Shown in pieces: positions 1 through 13,329 of a stretch of 64,000 bases of DNA. A program made the translations under genes and the position numbers. The notes under the pieces were generated by a model, which saw nothing but the letters and a program-made list of their open reading frames with translations, did not search any database and was not told the DNA's origin. Every line of letters starts with the position of its first letter. Positions within the stretch are counted from its first letter, which is position 1. Origin of the DNA: Cycas panzhihuaensis (lineage: Eukaryota; Plantae; Cycadophyta); NCBI GenBank assembly GCA_023213395.1, contig CM041465.1, positions 209,939,741 to 210,003,740 on the forward strand, in the 5' to 3' direction.

Positions 1-1085
1 ATGGTTTAAAACAAGCTCCTCAAGCTTAGTATACTAAAGTAAACGATTATTTAATTCACATTGGATACACTAGATGTATTAGTGATCTAAATCCATATTT
101 CAAATGTGAAAATGAAAATATTACTATTCTAATCCTATATGTTGATGATATCATCATTACTAGATCATCAACTAATAACATTCATCATTTAAAAACTACT
201 TTAATGAACAAATTCGAAATGACTAATTTATATCTATTACATTACTTTCTTGGTTTACAAATTTATCAATATCATTCAAAAATAATAATATCTCAACCTA
301 AGTATATCTTAGACTTAATTCTATGGTTTAACATGGAAAATACTAAATCTGTATATAATCTGTTACAATCAGAAGTTAAATTATCTACTGATTATTCCTC
401 ACCCTTATATGATCCAACATTATATAGACAACTCATTAGTAGTCTTATTTATTTAACTCATACCCACCCTGACATTTCCTATGCTGTCACTTTATGTTCA
501 CGTTATATGCAACAGCCACATGAATCTCATTAGAAAGTTACTAAACATATCTTATGATATCTAAAGCATACTAGTTTTTATGGTTTAACTTATAATTTTT
601 GTAATAAACCTCTAACTTTAACTAGATATACTGATTCAGATTAGGCAGGTGATATAAATGATCGAAAATCTACATCAAGTTATGTATTTTTTATAGATTC
701 CTCACCTATTACTTGGTCTAGTAAGAAAATGCAAGCACTAGCTTTATCAACGACTGAGGCTGAATATCACGCACTTGTTGAAGCCAGCAAAGAATCACTT
801 TGGCTCAAATCTCTACTAAATGAAATTGGTTTATCTCTAAACTCTTCCATTGAACTTAAAGTTGATAATCAAGGTGTAATTGCTATTACTACAAATCTAG
901 TTTCACATTCTAGGACTAAACATATAGAATTACATTAGCATTTTATTCGTAATCTTGTTACTGATAATCTTGTTTCCTTATCTTATTGTCCAACAGATCT
1001 ACGTATCACGACATACTTACAAAGTCTTTAACTGAAGTAAAGTTTCTAAATCTCTGAGATCTGTTGCAGATAAAAGAAGTCTCCA
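1..1085 (+). pseudogene. pol: Ty1/copia pol C-terminus (RT and RNase H), degenerate; element M, 5' part outside window
   Basis: GLKQAP at window start, YVDDIII (~137), YFLGLQI, YRQLISSLIYLTHTHPDISYAV, YTDSD*AG, ALSTTEAEY, SRTKHIE; multiple stops. Confidence 0.93.
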
Positions 1086-1152
1086 TTAAAGGACGATCAC
1101 CGTGATGAAGACCTTATTTTTCTATAGCATAAAGGTTAACATTAAAGGGGGA

Positions 1153-1431
1153 TGTTATGAATATTAATGTAACCTTTTATGTTCTTCTTAAAGTTCATAT
1201 TTATGTCACATGTTTAAATTAGTATTTAAGTTATTCTAATGTTTAACTTTAGTGTTTATTTTAATCTTATGTGGAAGGTGGTTGAAATGCGCAACTGCAT
1301 TTTAATGAACCTTTCTTTGTATTAATTCTTCTCCTAGATTCAAGGAGATGGTTCCGAGAATCTAGGAGGGCAGTCTAAAAGCCTTTTCCAAGGCTGGTTT
1401 AGTGGTTAGGTGGTTTCAGTATATTGTATCA
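1153..1431 (+). repeat. 3' LTR of Copia M
   Basis: PPT AAAGGGGGA (1144-1152) directly followed by TGTTATG; candidate end ...TGTATCA at 1431 where gypsy K sequence begins; partner LTR not in window, so right boundary is tentative. Confidence 0.6.
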
Positions 1432-2691
1432 TGTTTTCACTATTCTTAATAAAAACACAACTTTAAGAGGTGGTTTTTCTTCCCCAGAAGGGGTTTTCCA
1501 CTTATCAATCTGGTGTATATGTGTAATGTTATTTATAGCCTGTAATTGCTTGTCTGTGTGATCTTGTAGTAATATTATGCATGTGCTAATTTCTACATTG
1601 TTGTCTTTGTCTAGCTTGAACTTTACCTTTTTAGCCAACCTATTTTTTACCCATTGCTTTTCATAATACCTAGCTTTATGGATTGCCTTCTCTAAATTAT
1701 TTGGTTTATAAATCCTGATCTTATTATGAATGCTTTCATTTAAACGACTAATAAATTAGTGTATCTTTATCTTATTCTTTTAGATATAAGGTATATATTA
1801 AAGAGGCTCCATGAATTATCTCCCATTCTCTTCCACAATCATCCTTCTTTACTTCAAATCATGGAAGGCTTCCACTTTTTTATCATATTAGTGTTTGAAG
1901 AGTTGCTTCTATCTAAAGTATTTGGTAAATTTGCTTCATCTCAACTCTTTTTCTCAAATGTTCTTTACCTTATTGTGGTGTTCTTACTACAAAGATACTT
2001 TTCTAATCATTTTGTAAATAATAATTCTCATGTTCTCATTAGAGCTAAATTCATTTAATCAAAAGTATTTTTCAATGTTAAATAACTATGTTTCTGCTTC
2101 ACCTTTACTTTTGATTTATCCATTAATAGCAGGGGATTTTACCTTGTCTAACTCAAACTAAAGTGTTCCCTTTCTCCCTTTATGCTCTCTTATCCTTCCA
2201 TTTAGAGTTTTAATAGAAGATATAGTTTTAGTAGAGTTGTTTTCAATGTTATAATCACAAATCCGCTATTTGGTCTATCTATTAGAATACTCATGAATCG
2301 ATAGTCCTTGTGACCTTTGCTTTCTTCCATTACTTCTTATATTTTGAGATGTCTTTTTAGTCTTATCCTATTTAATTATCTTTTAAAGGTTGTATAACAT
2401 AGCATTGTGATTCTATAGAAACCACTCATTATCCTCCTTATAGCTTCTTAATTATTCTTGTAAGCTGTGAAAGATTTCAACTAAATCAATTAATATGTCT
2501 TTCCATGGGTTTTTTAAATATGGTTGGAATTCTACCAATTTTGTTCTCTCATTGTTGTGATCCTCTTGTACAAATTAACCAAAATATGCACCCATTCCTT
2601 CAATATTATCTATTCACATAAGCTAAAACATTATAGCTCTCACAAGTTCTCTACTAACTATAAAGGATTCAACCTAGATGCTTTGATACCA
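1432..2691 (-). mobile_element. gag: Ty3/gypsy (Tekay/Del-like) remnant K: PBS, leader and gag, interrupted by Copia M
   Basis: PBS TGGTATCAAAGC on - strand (2680-2691) next to LTR-end CA at 2694-2695; - strand ~1670-1880 reads AFHDLK*RRMIVEE..YIPYI..KI..F..RLNESIHNKI..KPNNLEKAIHKA, a retrotransposon-gag pattern. Confidence 0.7.
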
Positions 2692-4315
2692 CTTGTCATA
2701 GGTTGACCTCAATGGGTCTAGAATGTGCGACCTCTCTCTATTAGTATTGGTTAGAATTATCACAAGTTCTCCAATGAAGACATACACCTATTGTCTTAAC
2801 TCGTACTATGGAAGTTCTCAACGGAATACACAAGAATAATAGAATATTTTACCCAATAGATGCAACTAGTTCAAGTAGACTATAGTGCATATTATAATAG
2901 TACTAACCAAATATTTATTCACAATGCATCATAAACATAAATAAATATTATAATATTTAGTAATGACATGATCAAAAATGTTCACCCCCAAATAATTTTA
3001 ACATACAGGTACTGATAAGTGGAACTAATCAGATTGTTTATATAGATTCACTGCCCAATAATCCAAAGCCTTTCATAGGAAATTACCCTCAAGCTAGAGT
3101 ACATAATATGAATGATGGAGTATTAATAATTTCTCTCAACACATATCTACCCCAAGTTCCTAATACATTACTTAAAGAATAAAATATTACTCATACAACA
3201 TCCTTGTTTGGTATTAATTAACAACATTATACCATATACTATTTCTTGTTGAATTAATCTCACTAGACTATCTCATAGTTTCCTGTTATGTGTGTCCTAT
3301 ACCATGTAAAACAAGGAGAGGAATAAGGACCATATCAACTTAATTTCCTATCCCAAACACTCCTAAGGAATGAAACACACAACCATCACCATTCCTTTCA
3401 CATAAATATAGAGGGGACTCACTCAACCCTTAAAAGAAAGGAGATTTACTTAATCCAAATTCCTTTTACAAATCTAGAGAATAGGGGCCTCACTCAACCC
3501 TATCTCCTTTTATAAATAATATTTCACACCCATTAAATCAATCTCATAAGATTAAAGCACTAGTCCACAATACATTCATAATACTTACCAAACTAAAATC
3601 CTTGTATAAGATGATCATAGTCAATAAGGGAAGGAATCCATCTTGGATTGCTCCTTCCAAAGTATAGATTCTAGGATGCTCAATACATAATAAAAGTGAA
3701 CCTCAACAATCTTGTTTTTACCTCGTTTACCAACTATAAGAATTTGCAAAGGTTTATCACTTTTTGAGAAATATTAAATAGATTTCAAGAATGGAAATCA
3801 CTATTTAAATTATGTTTTCTTATCCCAACAACCTCAAGCTAGCTTTCCCAAGTTTTTTGGAGTATTGCTCTCTACTAAGTTTAAGAAAATAAAATTATAT
3901 CACTTTTTTTTTTTAAATAAAATTTTTATTTTTCTCATAAAAATGAAAAATTTCTCACCTTACAATGGTGGAAAATTCATAAAGCTTTTCTTATATGTCC
4001 AAGAAGATGTCCTTAATCTCCATCTCAAATTTTAAATTTTCTATTATATAATTTTTTTTTAAATAGAACATTGATTTTTCTCATCAAAATGTAAATTTAC
4101 CCATTTTAAAATGGTGAAATTTTCATAAAACTTCTTCCTATGCATTTGGGAAGATATCCCCGATCTCTAGCTCAAGTTTTAAAACTTATAGATAATAAAA
4201 GCCCTTTGAATGATCTTTGGTTTGTCCTCAATTTTTCCTCTCATAAAATAAGTTGGACCTACTATTATTCCCTTCTCTGTATAATTCTTCGTTACCTATC
4301 AATCCTTTTTCTAAG

Positions 4316-4711
4316 TGGAGCATGACTTTCCTGAGTATTTATTGCACAATAATAATTCAATAGCTCAAAGAGTACAAGATAATGATTAAGATCATCTAAT
4401 TTTAGTGCAAAGAGTAAACAAAAAGCAAAAGTGAACACAAATTCAAATACTAAATGGGCACTAGAGCATACAATAGTATAATCTCTTGATATTATTTCAA
4501 CATAATAATCTGTGTACATTTTTTGGGCCTTAAATAGTTAATGATAACTACATTACATAAAATCTTATTAGAGGGAAGAGTGATTTGCAATCATATTGAT
4601 AAGCTAAATGGCTCCCCACACACAAAAGTTAATGGCCAACACTAACCATAAAGTTGGTTGATCACCTGTGTCAATATTCACTCTCCATGGTTAGTAAGTA
4701 GTTATGTAATA
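4316..4711 (-). repeat. 3' LTR of A
   Basis: Aligns over ~390 bp to 25598-25989 (shared blocks e.g. GATAATGATTAAG, ATATTATTTCAACATAATAA, CTCTCCATGGTTAGTAAG); adjacent to PPT. Confidence 0.88.
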
Positions 4712-4729
4712 GGTCCCCTCCCTTGAGAT

Positions 4730-6684
4730 GCTAAGTCCATAAAGTGATGAAGATGTAGATATTGATTGACAAACTCTTTGGATTTCTATGTTGTCTCTTC
4801 TAGATCATAACCAACCCACTATATCAAATACTCAAAGATGGTCCAATTATGTAGTCGATGTTGCTTTGTAGCCAAGATATGATCTAGAGGGATCCTGAGG
4901 GCTTGTTCTTCATCCAGAATGCGTAGGGTACTCTAGGGAACAACCTTTTTACCAAGATATTTTTTCATAGAAGAGACATGAAAAATATTGTGTATTTTGG
5001 TGTCATTTAGGAGCTCAAGGGTGTAGGTGACTTGTCCAATCATTTAAAGGTATTTGTAAGGGCCATAGTAGTTGGGGCTAAACTTATGATTTTATTATTA
5101 TGGAGGGATTGTTGCTTGTATAATTGAAGTCAAAGGAACACCATGTCACCTATTACAAATTCTTGGTCAGAACGATGGCGGTTAACTAATTGCTTCATGC
5201 AATTATGGGTTGAAGCTAGGTTCTACTTAAGGGTGTGTAAGATTTGATCCATACTTTCTAATTTTTGTTAGACAGTGTTTGTTCGGAGGTTGGTTACTAA
5301 GGTGTGATAAGAAAATGGGGGGTAACTATATAGGGCCATGAAAGGGGACATACCAATGTCAGAGTGGTGGGAGGAATTATCCTAGTACTCAACCCACACG
5401 AGCCAAGATGACCATTTACTTTGGTGTTTTGAGGCAAAGCAATAGAGATGTTTATAAAGTTTTATTGAGAACCTCAAATTACCAATTAGTTTGAGGATGG
5501 TAAGCTGAGCTCATATTAAATGAGGTGCTCGAGGCATAAAAAAGTTCTTGCTAGAATGAGTTGGTGAACTTAGGATCTCGATCACATATAATTATTGAAG
5601 GGAACCCATAAAGGTGGAAGACAGATTGAATGCGTATGTTAGCAAGGTGAATAGCCTTATAAGAGGTAAGTACTAGTAGAAAGTGAGTGTACTTTGTTAA
5701 CCTATTGATGATGATTCAAATGAAATCAAACCTAATTGATAATGGAAGGTCCATGTTAAAGTCCATAATAATGTCTTACTATTTGCTATGGGGAATATGC
5801 AAGGGTTGGAGCAACCCTGACATCCTTGTATCTATTTTGTTTTGCTAGCATGTGAGGCATTCTATTATAAATATAAGGATTGTCATCTTCATACATGGCT
5901 AATAGAAATTAAAGTGAATATATCAGTAGGTTTTATCAAAACTTGAGTGGAGACCAAGAGGGGAGGAGTGGTACTTGGACAAGATTTAGAAAATGAAAGG
6001 GAAAGTAGGGTGAACAAAAATGTGATTTTTATATATTAGGAGGTCATTGCGAAAAGACCAATCCTTTTAGATGAGGGGTTTTGTAGACCATTGGTCATAA
6101 TCTAGTTGAGACTAGTTGGCAATTGCCAAGTTGTGGGTTTGGGCTAGGAGATTGTCTAAATTGTGGGCCCAAAGGGTAGTTGTGAGAGGGCATCAGCAAC
6201 AAAATTATCCTTCTCCCTTTTATACATTATAGTAAAATCAAATATCTATAGGCGGTCAAACCACTTAACTTGTTCCTTCGATAGGATTGGTTAATTAAGG
6301 AGGATCCAAAGCCTATGATGGTATGTAAGCATGGTGAGTGCCAACTTGAGGAGATATTATTGCCACGTATCGATTGCATGTAGAATTACCACCATCTCCT
6401 TTTGGTAAGTGGATAAATGGCATTCATGGTCATTTAGCTTACAACTTTTGAATCTAATCATATAGAAGTTTTACATAAGTACTACTCCTAATTCAAATCT
6501 TGAGGCATCACATTTCAATTAGAATGGTTAAGATAAATCTGGAGTGGCAAGAACTAGGGTCGAGGCCATAATGGCTTTGAGGTGGTTGAATGTGTCCTCA
6601 ATAGCAAGAGACCATCGGAAGGAGTCCTTGTAGACTAAATTGGTTAGTGGGCTAGCAATAGAAGCATGGTTGTTGATGGACAGT
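4730..6684 (-). pseudogene. pol: A pol, 3' part: RNase H, integrase, chromodomain
   Basis: - strand ASIASPLT, IxCDAS, ADALS, DRDPKFTNSF, SSAYHPQ, YYGPYK and chromodomain-like EYLI*WVGY..EETT*; many stops. Confidence 0.88.
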
Positions 6685-7870
6685 TGTTAGGACCTATTTT
6701 GTTAAATAACGAATATTATGTTGTCAAAAAGAATTTGTTAAGTTTTGTAGTTAGAAGTAATTACCAAATGAGGCAATGGTTCTCGAGAGTATATAAATGT
6801 AATAAGGACGGATGAAAGGTATGCGATTTGGCACATCCTAATCCTAGTGGGTGGTTTTGAGTTGGCATGAGATGATTATATTTGGCTTATGTATATCCAA
6901 TTTTGATATAATATAATTGATGTTGCATACATTCGATGTTGTGCTTCTGATACAATTTATATATTATTCATATATTGTACTACTTGTATTGTTAATATTA
7001 TGTTGATCACGTTGGAATATAATGTTTTATCTAGGATCTTAGATTAAGTTCTATCTTTATGTAACCGAAGGACATGTGTCATTCTATAATGTTTTGGTTA
7101 CAAGTTAGTTCAAGGGAAATTACAAACTCTAAGTGTATTTAATCACTAGTATCCTCAATAATAATCATGGAGCAATATTCATTTGTCATTCTCAAGTTAA
7201 TCTAACATGGTATTAGAGTAGGTTCTTTTACCCTACTAAGTGAAGGTTTTTCATCTTTAAGAGGAAGCAGCCAATCACAGATAAGAAAATTTGATGAAGC
7301 GAAGAAGAAGATTGAGGAAAGCGGTCTGAGGATAAAGAAACAAGTTAAAGAACTGAGGAGGATTAGAACCAAAGAAAGAAGATCGAGGAAAGCAACTAGA
7401 AGTCAAAGAAACAAGTTAAAGGATTAAGAAGGATTAGAACCAGCTTCTGCAAAAGCCATACAGACTGGGTGTATGGAACCATATAATTGTATGCATTATT
7501 TTTTCAAAGTTCTCATAATGCAATGAAACTTGGCCAGAATATAGATCTCGATATTCTCTGCAAGTTTCTCTTCTGCATTGAAGTCATATGAAGCTATTCC
7601 GGGGTTGTTTTACCAGTTTTTCCAAGTGCGTAGGTTTGAGGAGAAGGTACTCAAATTCTTTCAAAAATCTTTCATTTCTTCACTCAAACTCTATCTCAAA
7701 TCTTTTGCAAAGCATATTTGATTGATTTAGACTAGAGTTCAAAGATTTTTTATGGAGATTTTCTCTATTTGGAGTATTTTTATGCAAAAACCCCTAGTCG
7801 TCACCCTCCCTTTTAGGCTTGTTTTTGTTGGATATTGTGACAACAATAGTTTGAGGCTAAAATTTTGGTA

Positions 7871-8340
7871 TGTTAGCGGCGTGGCCCCCTAATCTTCATC
7901 AGGGGGTTCCAAGGGGGGTGAGAGCCCCCCTTGGCTAGGGGGTGTGGGGGGATGGAACGCCCCCCGCTAAGAGGGGGTTTGGGGGCGATAGCCCCTAACC
8001 CAAAAAATTAGCCATGTAAACCATATTAAAATGTAAAGAGAATCAGGGTCGTTCGATACAAATACCCTAAATTCTACAGTTGAGATTTATGCCTTGGATG
8101 TCCCTCTCATGAAGCCTGATTTAGGGATTTTCTTATTATGTTGTATGTAATGTAATGTATTGTGATGAGGGCAGCGACTAGTTTTTGTTCCTGAGAGCAC
8201 TCTGCTAATGAGATGTACCTTTCCTGTGTGGATGTTTCCCTAGCACACTACTCAGGTTTTACCACGTTATATCAGGTGCATATATGATGTTTGGCTTTCA
8301 TATTCATGTTATTATATTATCTCTGAGTTTAGAACTTGCA
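7871..8340 (+). mobile_element. Probable solo LTR (GC-rich 5' end) inserted in leader of C
   Basis: Abrupt GC-rich block starting TGTTAGCGG; LTR-like motif GGATGT...ACCACGTTATATC; candidate end ...TTGCA with flanks TGGTA/TGTTA; right boundary uncertain (could extend to ~8470). Confidence 0.55.
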
Positions 8341-8599
8341 TGTTAAATTCTAGTTTTGATTCCTGTAACTAGTTGCAAAATAGTTTAGATCTTGTGGCAG
8401 TTTAAGGTTTGGGACCTTATATTCTCAATAGATTTCTCTCAAACCAAGGACTGTTTTAGAAAAATAACCACAGATTTGAGTTCACCTCATCAAGACCTTC
8501 GATTTGAGGTATACTATGTTTCCATCTGTGTAAGTTGAGTACTGTATGGAATTCCATATAGTTATATGACCTAGGTTTGTTAGAATAGTTTGCTATTTT

Positions 8600-11500
8600 C
8601 ATAATGGCCTCTTCCATATTAGCACTCTCTGATGGAGATAAACTCACAGACACTAATTATCATGTATGGAAGATAAAAGTAGAACCCTTTTGAGGGCCTG
8701 AAATATTTGAAGAATTGCTATCAAAGAAGAAACAAAGCCTAGTGAAGCAAGAACATCTCAAACAGACTGGGAAGAGTGAGGTAGTGTAGGAGTCATCATT
8801 CTAAAGCTTTTAATATTTGATCCTCTTCTTATCTATGTAGAAAATATGAACTCTACTGCATCCATTTGGAAGTGCTTCGAGAACCTATATGGTAAAAAAA
8901 ATAAAGCTAGAATAGTCACCTTAAGGAAGAACTATTCAAACTTCACATGAAGGAGCTAGAAATTATAACTAAATTCATTCATGAAGTTATTTCCTTAACA
9001 AATGATTTGTTAAGTGTTGGTTCACCTATGAGCAATTCAAAGTTGGTTGAAATGGTAGCCAACAAATTTCCAAAATCCTTCAATGTGACCATAAATACTA
9101 TAACGAATAATGACCAGATTGCAACAATGACCTTGGACACTTTAATAGGTTTGTTGGTTAGACATGAACAGAGAAATAAAAGATATAAAGACTCTAAAGG
9201 ATTAGAAGATGCTTTCATATCCATGCTGAATCTTCGGCCAAGAGGGCGAAGCAGGGGAAGAGGACGACTTTCGAAAGGAAGGGCTTCATCTCGTAGCAGA
9301 TGGTAAGATAACAGAGGTCAAGGATGAACTCCTATACCAAGAGTATATTACAACTATGGTAAGACATACTATTTTGTCAGCTCATGTAAAGCATTTGACT
9401 TGTGCTATCATTGTGGAAAATCAGGACACTACCCATACCAATGCCCACTCTAAAGAGCTGACATCCAGAGAGGGAAATGTCCAATATGGTACTACAACAA
9501 AGAACAAACTGATGGTGATCAAGAAGAGGAGATAACTTTCTCCGTCACACTTGCAACAAGTCTCTAGAATGAGGATATAGGGTACATCGACTCACGAGCA
9601 TCACATCACATGACCAACTAAGAAGAATGGTTTGAAACCATACAACCATACTACTCAGATAAATCTATTAAATTAGGGGACAAACATTCCCTTGATATTA
9701 AAGGTCTTGGAACTATAGTTGTCAAGATGTAGGATGATATCAAAAAAATTAGAAATGTACTCTTCGTGCTAGGTCTAAAAATAAACTTGTTGTTTGTCTC
9801 CCAACTTAGGAAGAAGGGGTTACAAACTATTTTTGATGAGAAAGGATATTGTCATATCCTTGACATGAAAAACAATGGCCATGTAATTGCAAAAGGGGTT
9901 GAAAGCAATGACCTGTATAGGTTACTATCACATCATGTTTTGTCTAATGTAAAAGCTTATACTGTAGTGAGTTATAATGATAAAATGTGGCATTTGAAGT
10001 ATGGTCATCTTCCCATAGATGAATTAAAAAACATGGAAAAGGAAGGTCTAGTAAGGGGATTACCCCTAATCACATCAAATAATTTTATATGTAAAAGCTA
10101 CCAATCTGGAAAACAACACAGGTTGCCCTTTTAAGAAAGCTAGTGGTGAGCCCAAAAAAAATTAGAACTAGTTCATATTAACTTATGCGGCCCATTCACT
10201 CTACATTCCATCAATGGAGTAAATACTTCCTCACATTCATAGATCATTTAGCCAGAAAAATATGGGTCTACTTCTTGCATAATAAATCAAAAGTCTATGA
10301 TGTATTCAAAGAGTTTAAAGTTGAAACAGAACTGAAGATTGAGGGAAAAATTAAGTGCATAAGATCCAATAGAAGAGGAGGGTATATCTCAAAATACTTG
10401 TTGGAATATTGTAAGGCCAATGGGATACAAAGGCAATTCATAATGCCCTACACACTCCAATCTTATGGGGTCACAAAAAGGAAAAACATAGTCATTATGG
10501 AAATGGCTCGTAGAATGATGCATGGGAAAAATATTCCAAAAATATATTAGGCTGAAGTGGTTAGCATGGCTTACTACTTACTGAATAGAATCCCAACCAA
10601 GTTAGTAGACCATCTTACTCCAGAAGAAGCATGGATAGGTAGGAAGCCAGATGTGAGTCATCTGAAAGTATTTGGAAGTAAAGCATTTGTTTATATACCA
10701 GACAAAAAATAATAAAGCTTTATTCAAAAAGTTTGGAATGCATTATGGTTGGATACAACAAAAAATCCAAGGCCAACAAATGCATAGATCTAAAGATAAA
10801 CAAAATAAATATAAATTAAGATGTTGTCTTTAATGAAGAAGACAAAGAAGAGGATACACACTAGATCTGAGTGATAGAAAAGACACCTTAGGTAGCTCCT
10901 CTAAACACTCTTACAGAAGAAGAATCTGGCATAACTTCGGAGGATATTTCAAAAGAACTTATTTCATCTCAAGCTTCTCACACATATCCCACTCCAGAAG
11001 ATGAAGAAGATTCTCCAAAAGAATCAAGGACCAAGAAGGCAAAAAGAAAAAGAGGGTTTCCAAATGGTACCTCAAAACCATTGAGGAAGGAAAGGGCAAA
11101 ATATTTCCTCACAGAACAAGAAGTCAAAAACACAGAGCCTTGTTTAGTCATGTAGAGGCACAATCATATACTGAGGCTAAGGAACATATTAAGTGGAGAA
11201 AATCCATGGATACTAAGCTAAATTCCATAATCAAATACCAGACATGGGAATTGGTTGAACTGCCACCTAATAAATCTATTATGAATTGTAAATGGATCTA
11301 CAAAATCAAGGAAGGACCTAATGGGAAGATAGAAAAATATAAAGCTAGGCTAGTTGAAAAAGGCTACACATAAACAACATGAGTAGATTATAAAGAAACT
11401 TTTTCACTTGTGGTCAACTGAACACAGTGAGAATACTAATAGCTTTGGCAGCATAAAAGAATTAGAAGATACATCAACTGAACGTCAAAAGTGCCTTTTT

Positions 11501-12545
11501 GAATGGTGAAATAGAAGAAGAAGTCTACATGTCACAACCTGAGGATTACATCAAACAGGGATAAGAGCACTTGGTCTGCAAACTGAAAAAGGCACTATAT
11601 GAATTGAAACAGGCTCCTCATGCTTAGTATGAAAAACTAGATAACCATCTTTACAAGAATGGTTTCCACAAAAATAGCTCAAACTCAAGCCTATATATAA
11701 AAAACAGAAATGGTGCAATCACTATAATAATGGTATATGTTGAGATATGATTCTTACTAGTGATTATGAGGAATCAATATCTGATATAAGGAGTCAACTA
11801 GAGAGCAAGTTTGAGATGAATGATTTGGGACTTCTCAACTACTATTTAGAAATCCAAATTGATCAATAGAGAAGTTCAATCACCTTGTGCCAAAGAAAGT
11901 ACATTAAGAACTTGCTAACTAAGTTCCAGATGGAAGAATGCAATCAATGTTCCACTCCTATGGAAGTAAATTACAACTTGATTCCAGATGAGAAGGAACC
12001 TTGTGTTGATGCCACTCTATACAGATAACTCATTGGTAGTCCTATCTACCTCACAACAACTAGACCTGACATTGTATATGTTGTAGGTCTAATATCAAGA
12101 TACATACATAAGCCTAGAACAAAACACTGAAATGATGCAAAGGAATTTTTGAGATATCTAAAAGGAACAACGAGGTTACGCACCAATCTCCTGGAGCAGT
12201 AAAAAAAAAGCCAACGTAACACTATCATCTATAGAAGCAGAATACAAATCAATAGTTAGTACAACTGCTGAAGTAATATAGCTTAAACAACTCATGAATG
12301 ATTTGGAGGAACCTCAAAAAGGAGCAACAACACTTCACTGCAACAATCAAAGTGCCATCAAACTCACCGAGAATCCAATGCTTCATGCCAGGACCAAGCA
12401 CATCGAATTACACCATCATTTTGTTTGAACAAGAAAATAGACCTTGTCTATTGTCCTACAAGTGATCAAGTGGTTGATATATTAACAAAGCCACTAGGAA
12501 ATAACAGATTCTAAATTCTTAGAGACAAAATAGGGTTAAAAAGAT
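8600..12545 (+). pseudogene. gag-pol: Copia C gag-pol (gag, Zn knuckle, PR, GAG-pre-integrase, INT, RT, partly deleted RNase H)
   Basis: CYHCGKSGHYPYQC (~9403), YIDSRASHHM (~9583), WHLKYGHL, YFLTFIDH..IWVYFL, WELVELP..CKWIYKIK..YKARLV, LYELKQAP, ARTKHIE; YxDSDWA segment of RNase H deleted near 12180. Confidence 0.93.
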
Positions 12546-13329
12546 AAAACATTAAGATAGGGTATTGGAATATAATGTTTTATCTAGGGTCTTAGATTAA
12601 GTTCTATCTTTATATAATCGAAGGACATGTGTCATTCTATAATGTTTTAGTTACAAGTTAGTTCAAGGGAAATTATAAATCCTAAATGTATTTAATCACT
12701 AGTATCCTCAATAATAATCATGAAGCAATATTCATCTTTCATTCTCAAGTTAATCTAACAAATCATGTTGCAACACCATCTAATATCTTCCTAGTGTGAA
12801 TGACAGAAAACAAGATAGATGCAGATGATAAATCGTAATCTTTATAGAAACCAAACTGCGTTGGGTGAATTAAACTTCATCCAGTTTTTTGAAAAAGATT
12901 TTAGAATCATTCTGTAGTTGAAACCTTACATATTGTGGAAGGACATTATTGAACAATTCCTTGACAATATTGTTATCCAAGAGCCAGTGATGTTGGCGAA
13001 TATTGTCGAGCAACTTTGTTTTGATGTATAATTTAGAACAACAAATGTACGTATTTAAGCACAACTCTGATCAACAATCATAAATAAGGAGATTTGATCA
13101 GTTATGTAAGCAACAAAAAGAACACAAGTTAAGAAAACTGACACAAATTAATTGGTCCATAATTAAACAAGGACGATAAGTGTGGCAAGCCTAGAAGCAA
13201 CAACATAATCTTGATCCAAATTTAAAGGAAATTGAGGCAGCATTTGCATATCTAAGTTTGAGAGAACAACAACAATCATTACTTAGTATTCAAGAACAAG
13301 AACATAGTAGCCTTAAATAAAAATGGGTC

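Larger units (their letters stand above)
7010..12760 (+). mobile_element. Ty1/copia element C with 198-bp LTRs, inserted in 5' LTR of B
   Basis: LTRs 7010-7207 and 12563-12760 (13 mismatches in 198 by hand); PBS TGGTATTAGAG 7208-7218; purine tract before 3' LTR; TSD GATCA/AATCA, with a single GATCA at the empty site in B's other LTR. Confidence 0.95.
6685..12801 (+). repeat. 5' LTR of B, split by Copia C (pieces 6685-7009 and ~12761-12801)
   Basis: The two pieces joined align colinearly to 21263-21611; last ~10 bp of the LTR and the PBS are missing. Confidence 0.88.

Noticed and set aside
7302-7442. ~71-bp tandem duplication in C leader (similar small duplications at ~3930-4145, ~24838-24925 and ~39210-39263)
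   Set aside because: Ordinary slippage duplications common in retroelements; no sign of function
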